Positions 1 to 11,687 of a stretch of 64,000 nt of DNA are shown here, in pieces. The DNA is taken from NCBI RefSeq assembly GCF_006345805.1, contig NC_043006.1, positions 95,046,001 through 95,110,000 of the forward strand, given 5' to 3'. Each line of letters starts with the position of its first letter. Within the stretch, counting starts at the first letter, position 1. This stretch comes from Octopus sinensis (Eukaryota). The notes below the pieces were generated by a model. That model worked only from the letters and a program-made list of their open reading frames with translations, had not been told where the DNA came from and did not search any database. Made by a program: the position numbers and the translations under genes.

Positions 1-1221
1 ACTCACAAAAGTATGGGGAAAAAAACATTAAAAAATCAAGTGCAAAGGTTATTTGAGAACGTACGTTTCTAGATTAGTCAATTCGACATTTCTTCTTCAG
101 CTCAGAATTCCTAGAATCGGATTTGGGAACACTGAAAGTCGGGAGCATACCCTTTCGGCTTCTAATCACCTCTAGAATTCTGCTCGAACTAAAAGTGCTA
201 TCAAATTCGAATATGCAAGCGAAGATTTCTGCTCTCCCCTTTCCACCAGCGTGGGTTAAAATTGACAAACACCATGTATTAACGGTGAAAACCGCAGCAT
301 TAGCAGAGAGAGATGAATTATAATTTCAACAATTGAGGGTAAAATTAATTAATTATTAATCAATTTCACCAAGTATTCAGTATGTAAAGGGACCATTATA
401 GGCGAATTCAAATATTACTTATATATAAGGGCTTAGTAAAATAAATACTTTGCCACATACTGAACTCATTAGAAATAGCAGCTAAAGAAATTTCTTCAGC
501 TATTTCTAATACTTAAAGAAGATCTCTCTCAGATAGTGTTTGCCTAAACCAACTCACAAAAGTATGGGGAGAGATCTTCTTTAAGTATTAGAAATAGCTG
601 AAGAAATTTCTTTAGCTGCTATTTCTAATGAGTTCAGTATGTGGCAAAGTAATTTATTTTACTAAGCCCTTATATATAATGTAATATTTTGAATTCGCCT
701 ATAATGGTCCCTTTACATACTGAATACTTGGTGAAATTGATTAATAATTAATTAATTTTACCCTCAATTGTTGAAATTATAATCATCTCTCTCTGCTAAA
801 TGCTGCGGTTTCACCGTTAATACATGGTGTTTGTCAATTTTAACCCACGCTGGTGGAAAGGGGAGAGCAGAAATTCTTCGCTTGCATATTCGAATTGATA
901 GCAATTTTAGTTCGAGCAGAATTCTAGAGGTGATTAGAAGCCGAAAGGGTATGCTCCCGACTTTCAGTGTTCCCAAATCCGATTCTAGAATTCTGAGCTG
1001 AAGAAGAAATGTCGAATTGACTAATCTAGAAACGTACGTTCTCAAATAACCTTTGCACTTGATTTTTTATGTTTTTTCCCCCATACTTTTGTGAGTTGGT
1101 TTAGGCAAACACTATCTGAGAGAGATCTTCTTTAAGTATTAGAAATAGCTGAAGAAATTTCTTTAGCTGCTATTTCTAATGAGTTCAGTATGTGGCAAAG
1201 TAATTTATTTTACTAAGCCCT

Positions 1222-1230
<9 letters not shown>
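1..1230. repeat. ~551-bp unit in partial tandem plus fold-back: arms 1-528 and 569-1096 are near-perfect inverted copies with a 40-bp spacer, and the inverted copy continues in tandem register to ~1230
   Basis: actcacaaaagtatgggga occurs at 1 and 552 (period 551). 569-1096 is the reverse complement of 528-1. 1097-1230 is the reverse complement of ~551-420 and ends in (TA)n. Confidence 0.9.
994..1044 (+). ncRNA. Hammerhead-like motif (minimal type I, imperfect stem II) in the 551-bp unit; mirror copy at 54-104 (-)
   Basis: TGAG-CTGAAGA-agaaatGTCgaattGACtaatcta-GAAAC-GTAC-GT-T-CTCA. Stem I TGAG/CTCA, palindromic ACGTACGT stem III, but the 10.1-11.1 pair is not canonical. Confidence 0.5.
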
Positions 1231-1273
<43 letters not shown>

Positions 1274-2051
1274 TATATATTATATATGCATGTATGTATA
1301 CAGATATACACATACACACGCATACCTTGTGATTTTCAGATAATTACAATTGTCAAAGAAAGATATATATTTGTGATAATATATATATATATGCAAATAG
1401 AAAAATGAGTACAAATATATATATGCATACAAACACACACACATACACAAACACACTTATGTATATATATGCATATATGCACATTTATCTGTGTGCGTAA
1501 GTATTGATGTGAATGTGTTTGCATATAGCTGTTTGAAATGTGTATACATGTGTTCGCGTTTAAATGCATGTTGGTATTCTTTTCTGATTTCAAAGTTAGA
1601 TATATCCCTCACATACACACACACGCACACCCTCTCTCTCTCTCACTTTCTCATTCTCAACACTAATCTCCTCACATGTAAAAACTTGGCAATGGTGATG
1701 AATTAAGCGATAGCTACAGTTATATAGGTAGAAATATAAATAAATCCACACACATAAGCACACACATTCACATGCAAACACACACACACGCACACAGACA
1801 TATATGCATGAAGTTAATGTATGTATCATAGAAACAGTTATTCCACGACGTTGTTTCGAAGAAAGCTTCACAAGAACAAGAACACAGATACGAATGCTTC
1901 ATGAACGACACACACACTGCAGCATTAATTCACAGAACCTCAAAGGATACATACATACTTAAGTGAATGTATATATAAAGGTATATATATATATATATAT
2001 ATATATCTATATATATGTGTGTGTGTGTGTGTGTATGTGTGTATGTATGTA

Positions 2052-2082
<31 letters not shown>

Positions 2083-2248
2083 ATATATATGTATATATAT
2101 ATATATTATATATATGTATGTATATATATATAGATACATATATATTATATATATGTGTGTGTGTATGTATGTATGTATGTATGTATATAAATATATGTCT
2201 ATATATAGGCATAAATATGTATATATATATGCATGTATGTTTACATAA

Positions 2249-2292
<44 letters not shown>

Positions 2293-2662
2293 TATATATA
2301 TATGTATACGTATATAAGTATGTATATACGTACGTATGTATGTATTTGTTTTATCCGTGGTTATGTGTTCATGCATCAATGCTTTGAAACTATCTGCAAT
2401 ATTATCAAAAATGTACTTTATGTGGAATGGAAAGGGGTTTTGTAGGGACCCGAAGGAGATATACAAAAATCATTTCCTACACCTGCGTGTACATATCTGA
2501 TAACATCTCTTACTGCAATCGCTTTGGCGTTGTATAATAAAAGCTGTGCTCAGCATTTTGTGATGCATAAATGTATGTATGCATGTCTCTTTGTTCGTAT
2601 GCATACACTTATATATACAGATACTTATATATGCATACATATATATATATATATATTCAAAA

Positions 2663-2863
2663 TGTGACCGCGTGTGTACCGTTGTCGATTTTTTTCCTCC
2701 GTCTTCCCTTCTCTGGATCTTTACTTTTCCTATGTTTCTGACGAAGAGCTCCGCTCGAAACATAAAACCCTCCTTCTTCCCTTCCTTCCTGAGCGTCCAA
2801 TAATACTATATTTGTTCCACGTCCCCGTGTTGTGTTTTCTATTTGTGTTTTTCATGCTTGGAT

Positions 2864-2867
<4 letters not shown>
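2663..2867 (+). mobile_element. ~200-bp non-autonomous element with hammerhead-like core (family F2), copy 1
   Basis: GTTT-CTGACGA-A-GAGC-TCC-GCTC-GAAAC-AT-A-AAAC at 2734-2768. Flanked by (TA)n and homologous to 23551-23740. Confidence 0.7.
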
Positions 2868-2913
<46 letters not shown>

Positions 2914-3329
2914 TATGCGTATATATGTATCTGAGAGACAAAAAGAAATTCTTTACAGTTCCATATTACTCTTCCTTCTCCCCACCCAAACACACCTACA
3001 GTGTCCCTTGAAATAGAAAATAGTCTTTTACGATAACATGGTGGACCAAGTCAGTTTAAGCTACCCTACTACTATAATGTAAACGTTTTTGAATTTATAA
3101 TATTCTGTGTGTGTATGTATATACGGATACAATACCAATATTCCACTGAACTTTTCAATAATTCCTTCTGGAAACTATCTTTAACATTTTCTTGAGAATG
3201 TATATATATGTTGTAATATTTTGTGCCCAATATTTTAATGAACTTGTTAAACTTTTTTATGTTCTTAACTTGTTCTTTTTTCCAAAGAATGTATATATGT
3301 ATTGTAGCATTTTGTGACAACCAATAATT

Positions 3330-3471
3330 AACACAACCAAACTTTTACATGTTACTTTTGACAAACTTTTTCTAAAAAGTGAAACCGGTAAAGTAAATAA
3401 ACATCTTTTAAAATTGCATTTTCAAACCTTCTTTCATATATAATTCCACTCGTGCGGTACCTTACAACTCC

Positions 3472-3502
<31 letters not shown>

Positions 3503-4573
3503 CAAAAATAAGCAACAAGAATGACTCCAGGTAATTTGGTACAATTGGTTTGCACTACATCATTTTATTAAAAGTTGTAAGTATTACAGCAGATTTAAGA
3601 TGCTGAGTGCTCATCAGTCAATTATACAATAGTACAAGGGCTTCCAAATCAAGTAGTAACACTATAGAGAAGGTAGATATACAGATAAAAATGTAGATTT
3701 AAATTTTAAGAACATCTGAGGTTGTGAAGTCCAGCCACTGACTGATCAAGCTATGGTTGTGTCTGACTGCTATAAGAATAGATGTAATAAAGATTTTTAG
3801 TTGTAGGAATGAGTAGGGGAGGTTTCAGAATACTATAAAAGGAATTCAAGTTGCCACTAACAAAATGCCAATTACTGTTATTTGGTGAGAGGAACTAGGT
3901 CAGTGTCAAAAGGTCATTAATCCCCTTTACAGAGAGTAGGGAAAAAACTATTATTAATTTTTATGAGTAGGTATAGTATTTTATAACAGGGGGAGATCTT
4001 TCTTAATTTTAAAACTAGATTAGATTTAGAAAAAATTCCAATTTCAAGTTTACAGTGAAGTTCTTTAGTCATCTATGAAAGTTAAATTGAAACCAAGTAT
4101 AGTATATTTCTTATTATTATTATAATAAAAAGTTAAAATTTGAAAAATATAGGAATACTCACAATTTTTATTTAAAGTATTTAAACGTTCGGCTTGTGGA
4201 ATGTATGCAAGATACTCCCGACTACAGACGATTATTCAACAGATTTATATTACTCTGATGTTTTAAAATTTCATAAGTTTCCATAGAACAAAGCTGACAA
4301 CCTTCCCTACTATTTCTATAAGGTTTCACCCTTCTAACTATATCCCATTTTAGGTTGATTCTAGGGAAACTTATGAAATTTTAAAACATCAGAGTAATAT
4401 AAATCTGTTGAATAATCGTCTGTAGTCGGGAGTATCTTGCATACATTCCACAACCCGAACGTTTAAATACTTTAAATAAAAATTGTGAGTATTCCTATAT
4501 TTTTCAAATTTTAACTTTTTATAATAATAATAATAATAAATATACTATACTAGCTTTCAATTTAACTTTCATA
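3330..4573 (-). mobile_element. 3' remnant of a Penelope-like element (GIY-YIG C-terminus plus 3' region) with an inverted duplication at its 5' junction
   Basis: Minus strand ~4364-4222 reads RINLKWDIVRRVKPYRNSREGCQLCSMETYEILKHQSNINLLNNRL*, matching the W..Y..CxLC..E..I..LLN pattern also seen at 15540-15929. Arms 4074-4288 and 4359-4573 are inverted. The left boundary is approximate. Confidence 0.7.
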
Positions 4574-4605
4574 ATATATATATATATACATATATATATA
4601 TTATA

Positions 4606-4891
4606 TCAACGTGATCGCCATGACCGACCAGGCTATCAGATGTTGCGACACATCGCTGGTCACAATGTGCTTCGCATTCTTTTAGGCTTCAAATGACGCC
4701 ACCACGCTGGCTAAGCGAGCAGGCCAACAGACGAAAGAGTGAGTGGAAGTTTTGGCGAAAGAGTACAGCAGGGATCGCTCTCACCCCTGCCAGAGCCTGG
4801 TGGAGTTTTAGGTGTTTTCGTTCAATAAACACTCACCATGCCCGGTCTGGGTTCGAGTCCGCTTCCCTACAATTGGGCCATTGCACCTCAC
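4606..4891 (-). mobile_element. tRNA-derived SINE (family B head, tail type 1)
   Basis: Reverse complement of a gtgaggtgcaatggcccaattg head with the tgtttattgaacgaaaacacctaaaactccac body shared with 53938-54303. Same tail as 38775-38967. Confidence 0.8.
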
Positions 4892-4945
4892 ACACACACA
4901 CAGACACACACACACCACACACCACACACACCACACACACAATAT

Positions 4946-5002
<57 letters not shown>

Positions 5003-5418
5003 GCCGCTGAGTAAGCCATGCCAATAACAAACACTTTTACAAGAAATTCAAGTGGATGAAACATCAACGATCTCAGCATGGTGTGATTCTACACGGGTTC
5101 CTAAGAATATCGACGGGATCGTCATGTTGGATTGGGAACGACTAGAGGACTTCGGCTCCAGGGCACCGAAAAACAATACCGCCACCACAACTACCAACAA
5201 CAACAATTGCACGCCTGAATACATGGTGCCAGTTCAACTAGATATTGATGAAAGACAAGTTTAGAGTTACCACCAAAATTTGCTTTATATAAGAATGACT
5301 CTCTGAGAATGAAAAAAACGTTATTTAAAAACGGATAAGATGGACGCTACGACAATACAGCAACAACAGCAACACAAACATACAAATCAAAACAGCAACA
5401 ACAACACAATGGATGGAA

Positions 5419-5797
5419 GCACTCCCTCGGTACGACGACGAGGGTTCCGGTTGATCCGAATAACGGAACAGCCTGCTCGTGAAATTAACGTGTAAGTGGC
5501 TGAGCAGCACTCCACAGACACGTGTACCCTTAACGTAGTTCTCGGGGATATTCAGCGTGACACAGAAAGTGACAAGGCTGGCACTTGTGAATACAGGTAC
5601 AACAGAAACAGGAAGTAAGAGTGAGAGAAAGTTGTGGTGATAGAGTACAGCAGGGATCACCACCATCCCCTGCCGGAGCCTCGTGGAACTTTTAGTGTTT
5701 TCGCTCAATAAACACCCACAACGCCCGCTCTGGGAATCGAAACCGCGATCCTATGACCGCGAGCCGTTCCCTAACCACTGGGCCATTGCGCCTCCAC
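5419..5797 (-). mobile_element. tRNA(Arg-like)-derived SINE, family B, tail type 2
   Basis: Reverse complement of gtggaggcgcaatggcccagtggttaggg...ggtttcgattccc (A and B boxes). Homologous to 53938-54303. Confidence 0.85.
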
Positions 5798-5890
5798 ACG
5801 CACTCATACACAAACACCCCTACATATATAATCTTTAACATAAGTTACATACACATTTCAGTCATTTCATGACAGTTTAAAACCCCGAGT

Positions 5891-5924
<34 letters not shown>

Positions 5925-5983
5925 ACACACACACACAACACACACACACACAACACCACACACACATATATTATATATATATA

Positions 5984-6026
<43 letters not shown>

Positions 6027-6444
6027 GCCGCTGAGTAAGCCATGCCAATAACAAACACTTTTACAAGAAATTCAAGTGGATGAAACATCAACGATCTCAG
6101 CATGGTGTGATTCTACACGGGTTCCTAAGAATATCGACGGATCGTCATGTTGGATTGGGAACGACTAGAGGACTTCGGCTCCAGGGCACCGAAAAACAAT
6201 ACCGCCACCACAACTACCAACAACAACAATTGCACGCCTGGAATACATGGTGCAGTTCAACTAGATATTGATGAAAGACAAGTTTTATAGTTACCACCAA
6301 AATTTGCTTTATATAAGAATGACTCTCTGAGAATGAAAAAAACGTTATTTAAAAACGGATAAGATGGACGCTACGACAATACAGCAACAACAGCAACACA
6401 AACATACAAAATCAAAACAGCAACAACAACAACAATGGATGGAA

Positions 6445-6825
6445 GCACTCCCTCGGTTACGACGACGAGGGTTCCGGTTGATCCGAATCAACGGAACAGC
6501 CTGCTCGTGAAATTAACGTGTAAGTGGCTGAGCACTCCACAGACACGTGTACCCTTAACGTAGTTCTCGGGGATATTCAGCGTGACACAGAAAGTGACAA
6601 GGCTGGCACTTTGAAATACAGGTACAACAGAAACAGGAAGTAAGAGTGAGAGAAAGTTGTGGTGATAGAGTACAGCAGGGATCACCACCATCCCCTGCCG
6701 GAGCCTCGTGGAACTTTTAGGTGTTTTCGCTCAATAAACACCCACAACACCCGCTCTGGGAATCGAAACCGCGATCCTATGACCGCGAGTCCGTTGCCCT
6801 AACCACTGGGCCATTGCGCCTCCAC
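6445..6825 (-). mobile_element. SINE family B, duplicate copy within the tandem duplication
   Basis: Near-identical to 5419-5797. Confidence 0.85.
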
Positions 6826-6921
6826 ACGCACTCATACACAAACACCCATACATATATAATCTTTAACATAAGTTACATATTACATTTCAGATCATTTCAT
6901 GACAGTTTAAAACACCAGAGT

Positions 6922-6968
<47 letters not shown>

Positions 6969-7000
6969 CACACACACATACACACACACACACACACACA

Positions 7001-7300
7001 TCTATTATATAAAATCCGTTCTGTGTGTGTGTGTCTTCTAGGATCTCGGGCATCCTCCATCCGATTGCACTCAAATTTGATATATAGATACCGACGGTAA
7101 CAGGGTGTGTATAAGTCTTGAAAAAAATTACAAAAATCGATTCCAGGTGAGAATGCAATCGATAAATCCGCGGAAACGTGCATTTGTACGCGCAAGTACA
7201 CCAGCCGTTGCGATGTACTTACTGATACTTTAAACTCTTCAGTTGCATATTTGTGTGACTAAAATCGTTTTTCTTTGGAATAGAAAGAAAGTCTATCTTT
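7001..7300 (+). mobile_element. 5' end of a non-autonomous Helitron-like element (3' end not found)
   Basis: A|TCtattatataaaatccgttctgtgtgtgtgtgtc...ccgattgcactcaaatttg, the same 5' architecture as the Helitrons starting at 15528 and 41203. The right boundary is approximate. Confidence 0.5.
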
Positions 7301-7518
7301 ATATCTTCTGCTATTGTCTCAAATTTAGGTTAAATCAGTGTTTCTCAAAGGATAGGACTATGGGACAGTCTGACAAGTTGTTTTGAGAAAATTTGGTTTA
7401 AATGTTTGACAACTCAGCACCGTCCATTGGTCGGGGGGCGTTTTGCACGTTTATATATATATATATATATATGTGTGTGTTTGTGTGTGTATGTGTGTGT
7501 GTGTATATACACTTTAAT

Positions 7519-7748
7519 CTCTTTACTCTTTTGCTTCTTTCAGTCATTTTACTGTGGCCATACTGGGGAACCGCCTTTTTTATTCGAGGAAATCGACCCG
7601 AGGACTTATTCTTTGTAAGCCTAGTACTCATTCTATCCGTCTGTTTTGCCGAACCACTAAATAACGAGGACGTAAACACACCAGCATCGGTTGTCAGGTG
7701 ATGTTGATGGGGCAAACAGAGATCCACAAACACACACACACACACACA

Positions 7749-7798
<50 letters not shown>

Positions 7799-7852
7799 TA
7801 TATTTATATATATACATATATACGACGGGCTTCTTTCTGTTTCCTTCTACCA
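7519..7852 (-). mobile_element. SINE family A (internal TA/TG microsatellite), head missing
   Basis: ttcagtcatt...gccgaacc...gacgtaaacacaccagcatcggttgtca...(CA)n(TA)n...acgacgggcttctttc, homologous to 21318-21781 and 45003-45372. Confidence 0.8.
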
Positions 7853-8421
7853 ATGTATATATATTCATACAAATATATAGATAGATAGGTACATACATAC
7901 ATACATACATACATATATAGGTATACAAATTTTCAATAATTGTGTAAATATACATATACAATTTTTCGGTACTTGACGCTGGTAAATATTACTGGTAGAT
8001 GTGTATTTGTAAACTAAATATGCGCACGTGCACTCTACGTCTGGGGTTACTCTTGAATTGACTGAAGGCTAACCAGAATCACAAATTACGTTAGAATTGA
8101 TAAAATTACCAAATATCCATTTTAGTTACAAGTAAATATTTTATTTTTCCTCTAGGAAAACCGTTTTAGAGAAATAACTGAAACGGAAGAATTATAAACA
8201 TTTTAGTAAATTTCCGAGATGAGAATCACAGGTTAATGGAGAAATATACGTCCCAAAATAGCCAGGAAGTCGTTTATGGTTTCAAAGTTTTTAATTCCAA
8301 ACACAGAAAATACACCCCTGGTATTCTCAACGAAAATTGGCAAATAATGTTATTTAATGTTTCGCATAAAAGCTTTCATATAAAAGCACAAATATGCACA
8401 CACAAGCATATATGTATATAT

Positions 8422-8469
<48 letters not shown>

Positions 8470-8607
8470 AATATATATATAATATATATACATACATACA
8501 TACATATATATATAAATAGATATCGATATATACATAGATACACACAAATACATGTATATGTATTGGTATTTACATAATATGTAAATGTATATAGATACTG
8601 TATATAT

Positions 8608-8657
<50 letters not shown>

Positions 8658-8662
8658 AAATG

Positions 8663-8891
8663 CTCTTTTACTCTGTTACTTGTTTCAGTCATTTGATTGT
8701 GGACATGCTGGTGCAGCTGCGGTCAGTCTGGAGTATTATCTTAAAGAATTTTCGTCGAATCTATCGACCCATGTATTGACATTTCAAAGGCTGGCCTCTC
8801 TCCTAACGGACTCTTTTACCGAACACTAATTCAGTGAGACCTAAACATGCCAGCACTGGTAGGGGACAGAAGCAGACACGAAAAACATACA

Positions 8892-8962
<71 letters not shown>

Positions 8963-9400
8963 ACACTCACACACTTGATTGTGTGCGTGTATATATGTTT
9001 CTATATACACCCACACATATACAAGGCAGCGAGCTGGCAGAATCGTTAGCACGCTGGGCCAAATGCTCAGCGGTATTTCGTCTGCCATTACGTTCTGACT
9101 TCAAATTCCACCGAGGTCGACTTTGCTCTTCATCCTTTCGGAGTCGATTGAATAAGTACCAGTTACGCACTGGGGTCGATGTAATCGACTTAATCCCTTT
9201 GTTTGTCCCTCTGTGTTTAGCCCCCTGTGGGCAATTAAAAAAATATATATATACATATATATGTATATATATATGACGAGCTTCTTTCAGTTTCCATCTA
9301 CCAAATCCACTCACAAGATTTGGTCAGTCCGAGCCTATAGTAGAAGATACTTTCCTATGGTGCCCAGCAGTGGGATTGAACCCCGCCACAGCCACGCCTG
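8663..9400 (-). mobile_element. SINE family A interrupted in its internal microsatellite by a family C SINE
   Basis: Body at 8663-8880, (CA)n, family C insert at 9025-9241, head at 9272-9400. Confidence 0.7.
9025..9241 (+). mobile_element. tRNA-derived SINE family C (central domain resembles the MetaSINE motif)
   Basis: ggcagcgagctggcagaatcgttagc...ttcaaattccaccgaggtcgactttgctcttcatcctttcggagtcgattgaataagtaccag. At least 9 copies in the window. Confidence 0.85.
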
Positions 9401-9429
9401 TATATTCAGATATGAGATAGACGCAGCGT

Positions 9430-9655
9430 GCGTGTGTGTGCCTGCCTTTGTGTTTGTGTTTGTCACCCCCACCATCGCTTGACAACCGTTGCTGGTGTCT
9501 TTACGTCCCCTTTAAACTAGTGGTTCGGCAAAAGAGACCGATAGAATTAGTCCTAAGCTGCCAAGGAATAAGTCCTGGGATTGATTTCTTCGATTAAACC
9601 TTTCAAGACGGTGTTCCAGCATGGCTGCAGTGACATGACTGAAACAATAAAAAAA
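9430..9655 (+). mobile_element. SINE family A 3' body
   Basis: cttgacaaccgttgctggtgtctttacgtccc...ggttcggcaaaagagaccgatag...gactgaaacaataaaa. Confidence 0.75.
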
Positions 9656-9679
9656 AATTATAATCATTGCAAAATAAGA

Positions 9680-10830
9680 TAATATCAGTGAACTTATGGA
9701 AGCTTCTTGGATTGAATGAAGGAGGAGAGATACGCAAATGGAATAGGGTAGATCTCCATAGGTTCGAAAGAAGGTATTAATGACAATGCCAAAGACTTCT
9801 TGAAAACTGAGAATTATCAGGTTTACCTGCTCCGGATAAAATGGTTAAAGAGTTTTGAGAGCGGCGAGAAATGTATGAAAATTGAGGGCAACACTCTCGA
9901 ATGGTGTAAATGTCTCCATTATCGTTCGGATAATGGAATACTTAGATAAAGATGGCAACAAGAGGATCAGAATGGAAGTAAAATTGATGTGCTGACATGA
10001 AAACGTAAAATGTCAACAGTTAATTATTATCACCTTTTCGAGGCATGAAAACTGTACATTGTTATCGTGAATATAAACTAGAGACCTGGGTGAAGAAGCA
10101 AGGAACATATTAAAATTTGGGAAGTGAAGCTTTGATCTGTGCTGCAAAGAGATGAAGTTCATAGAAGAAATTATAAGAAGTGTGACAACGATAGCGTCGA
10201 ATTAGTCCTGTTTTGATTTCTTTCTGAAAATGGCGTAAGTCTTCGCTACATAACGAGAAAAATACAGTTAATATGAGCAAAGAGAATACAAGAGAAGGCA
10301 CACATCAATATTGAACGCATTGTTCATTGGAACCATATGTAAAAGATATAATTTGGAGGGAACTGAAAGGTGGTATAACCAACAATCGAGCTGAGAGGTT
10401 GAAGATGCGGATGTATAGGTCACCCTTATCACCTGATCAAGGCATGAAAACTTCACATCGTAATCGTAAACACAAATGAAAGAAATCTCAATAATCGATA
10501 TAGCATGATGCCACTGTTGAATGACACTCGACTGGTGAAAATATTTGTGAAAAATACAGAAATACCAAGAACTGGGAAAAGGAACTGGAATCGATTGTAG
10601 AATTGATATAAGAGGGTAATGATATTACAATAAGGAAAGACATGAACTTTTATGGTTGGAAAAGATTGGGACAGAAATTCGAACAGATGTATTTAATAGA
10701 AAACCACACAATTAAGAACATTAATGAACCCAAACAAACTTCTCGAAATTGGGCTGATGGAAGAATCTCAAAGGATTTTTGTTGATCGGTTATGACTCGA
10801 ACCCTAGGGCGTAAAAGTGAAACAAACTTT
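9680..10830 (+). mobile_element. Highly decayed Dong/R4-clade LINE 3' region
   Basis: Residual motifs EALICAA, IVHW, WY, IIDIA and a KYQEL-like segment match the better-preserved copy at 38968-40091. Many stops and frameshifts. Confidence 0.6.
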
Positions 10831-11445
10831 CTCTACAAAAGGGCCACTACAACAACTACTACTACTGCTGCTGCTGTTGATGGATGATGATGATGAGGTG
10901 GGGGAGGAGGAGGAGGAGGATGGTTTATAACGGTGATTATCATCTTGTCTCTCTGTAGGCGAGGGAAATATTCGATTTAATCGACTTTAAGAAGAATTCC
11001 GTTGGATTTTTAAAGTCAGACTTCTTTGCTCTTAATGTCGGAACCCATAGAATAAATCAATTTCTCTGACGTGCTAACGACACTGCCAGAACAATTGTTT
11101 CAATTTATGACACAAAGCCAGTAATTTTTGAGTGAAGGTAGGGTTGGGGATAATAATCGATGCCATCGACCCACTGCCTGATTTGTATTTTATTATATCG
11201 ATCCCGATTAGATGAAAGCCAATGTTGTCCTTGGCAGCAGTTAAACTCAGAACATAAAGTGTCGGAAGTAATGCCGCAAAGCCTTTGGTCCGGCGAACTA
11301 ATGGTTCTACCAGTAGTCCGCCAACGAAATAATAACATGTTTGTAATGGAAGCAACATAGGACGGGAAGTTATAGGAATAAATTTTGAAGGCAATCTGAT
11401 TCGGGACAGTATCAATGAGGAACAGAGTAAAAATACAGTGCAATA

Positions 11446-11631
11446 TCTAAGAGAAGAGGAATTATGTACATTAGTTACATTATTTATAATATTTACATTT
11501 GACGGATATTTGTCCCCATCTTGTTTGTTGTTAACACAACGTTTCGGCTGATATACCCTTACCCGCCAGCTTTCATCGGGTGTCTTGGGGAAATTTCGAA
11601 CCTGGTTTCTCATTCCTATGGTATTTTTCGA

Positions 11632-11687
<56 letters not shown>

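Larger units (their letters stand above)
5001..7000 (+). repeat. Two-copy ~1024-bp tandem duplication bounded by (CA)n(TA)n tracts
   Basis: atgccgctgagtaagccatgcc starts at 5001 and 6025. The copies differ mostly by 1-3-nt indels. Confidence 0.9.
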
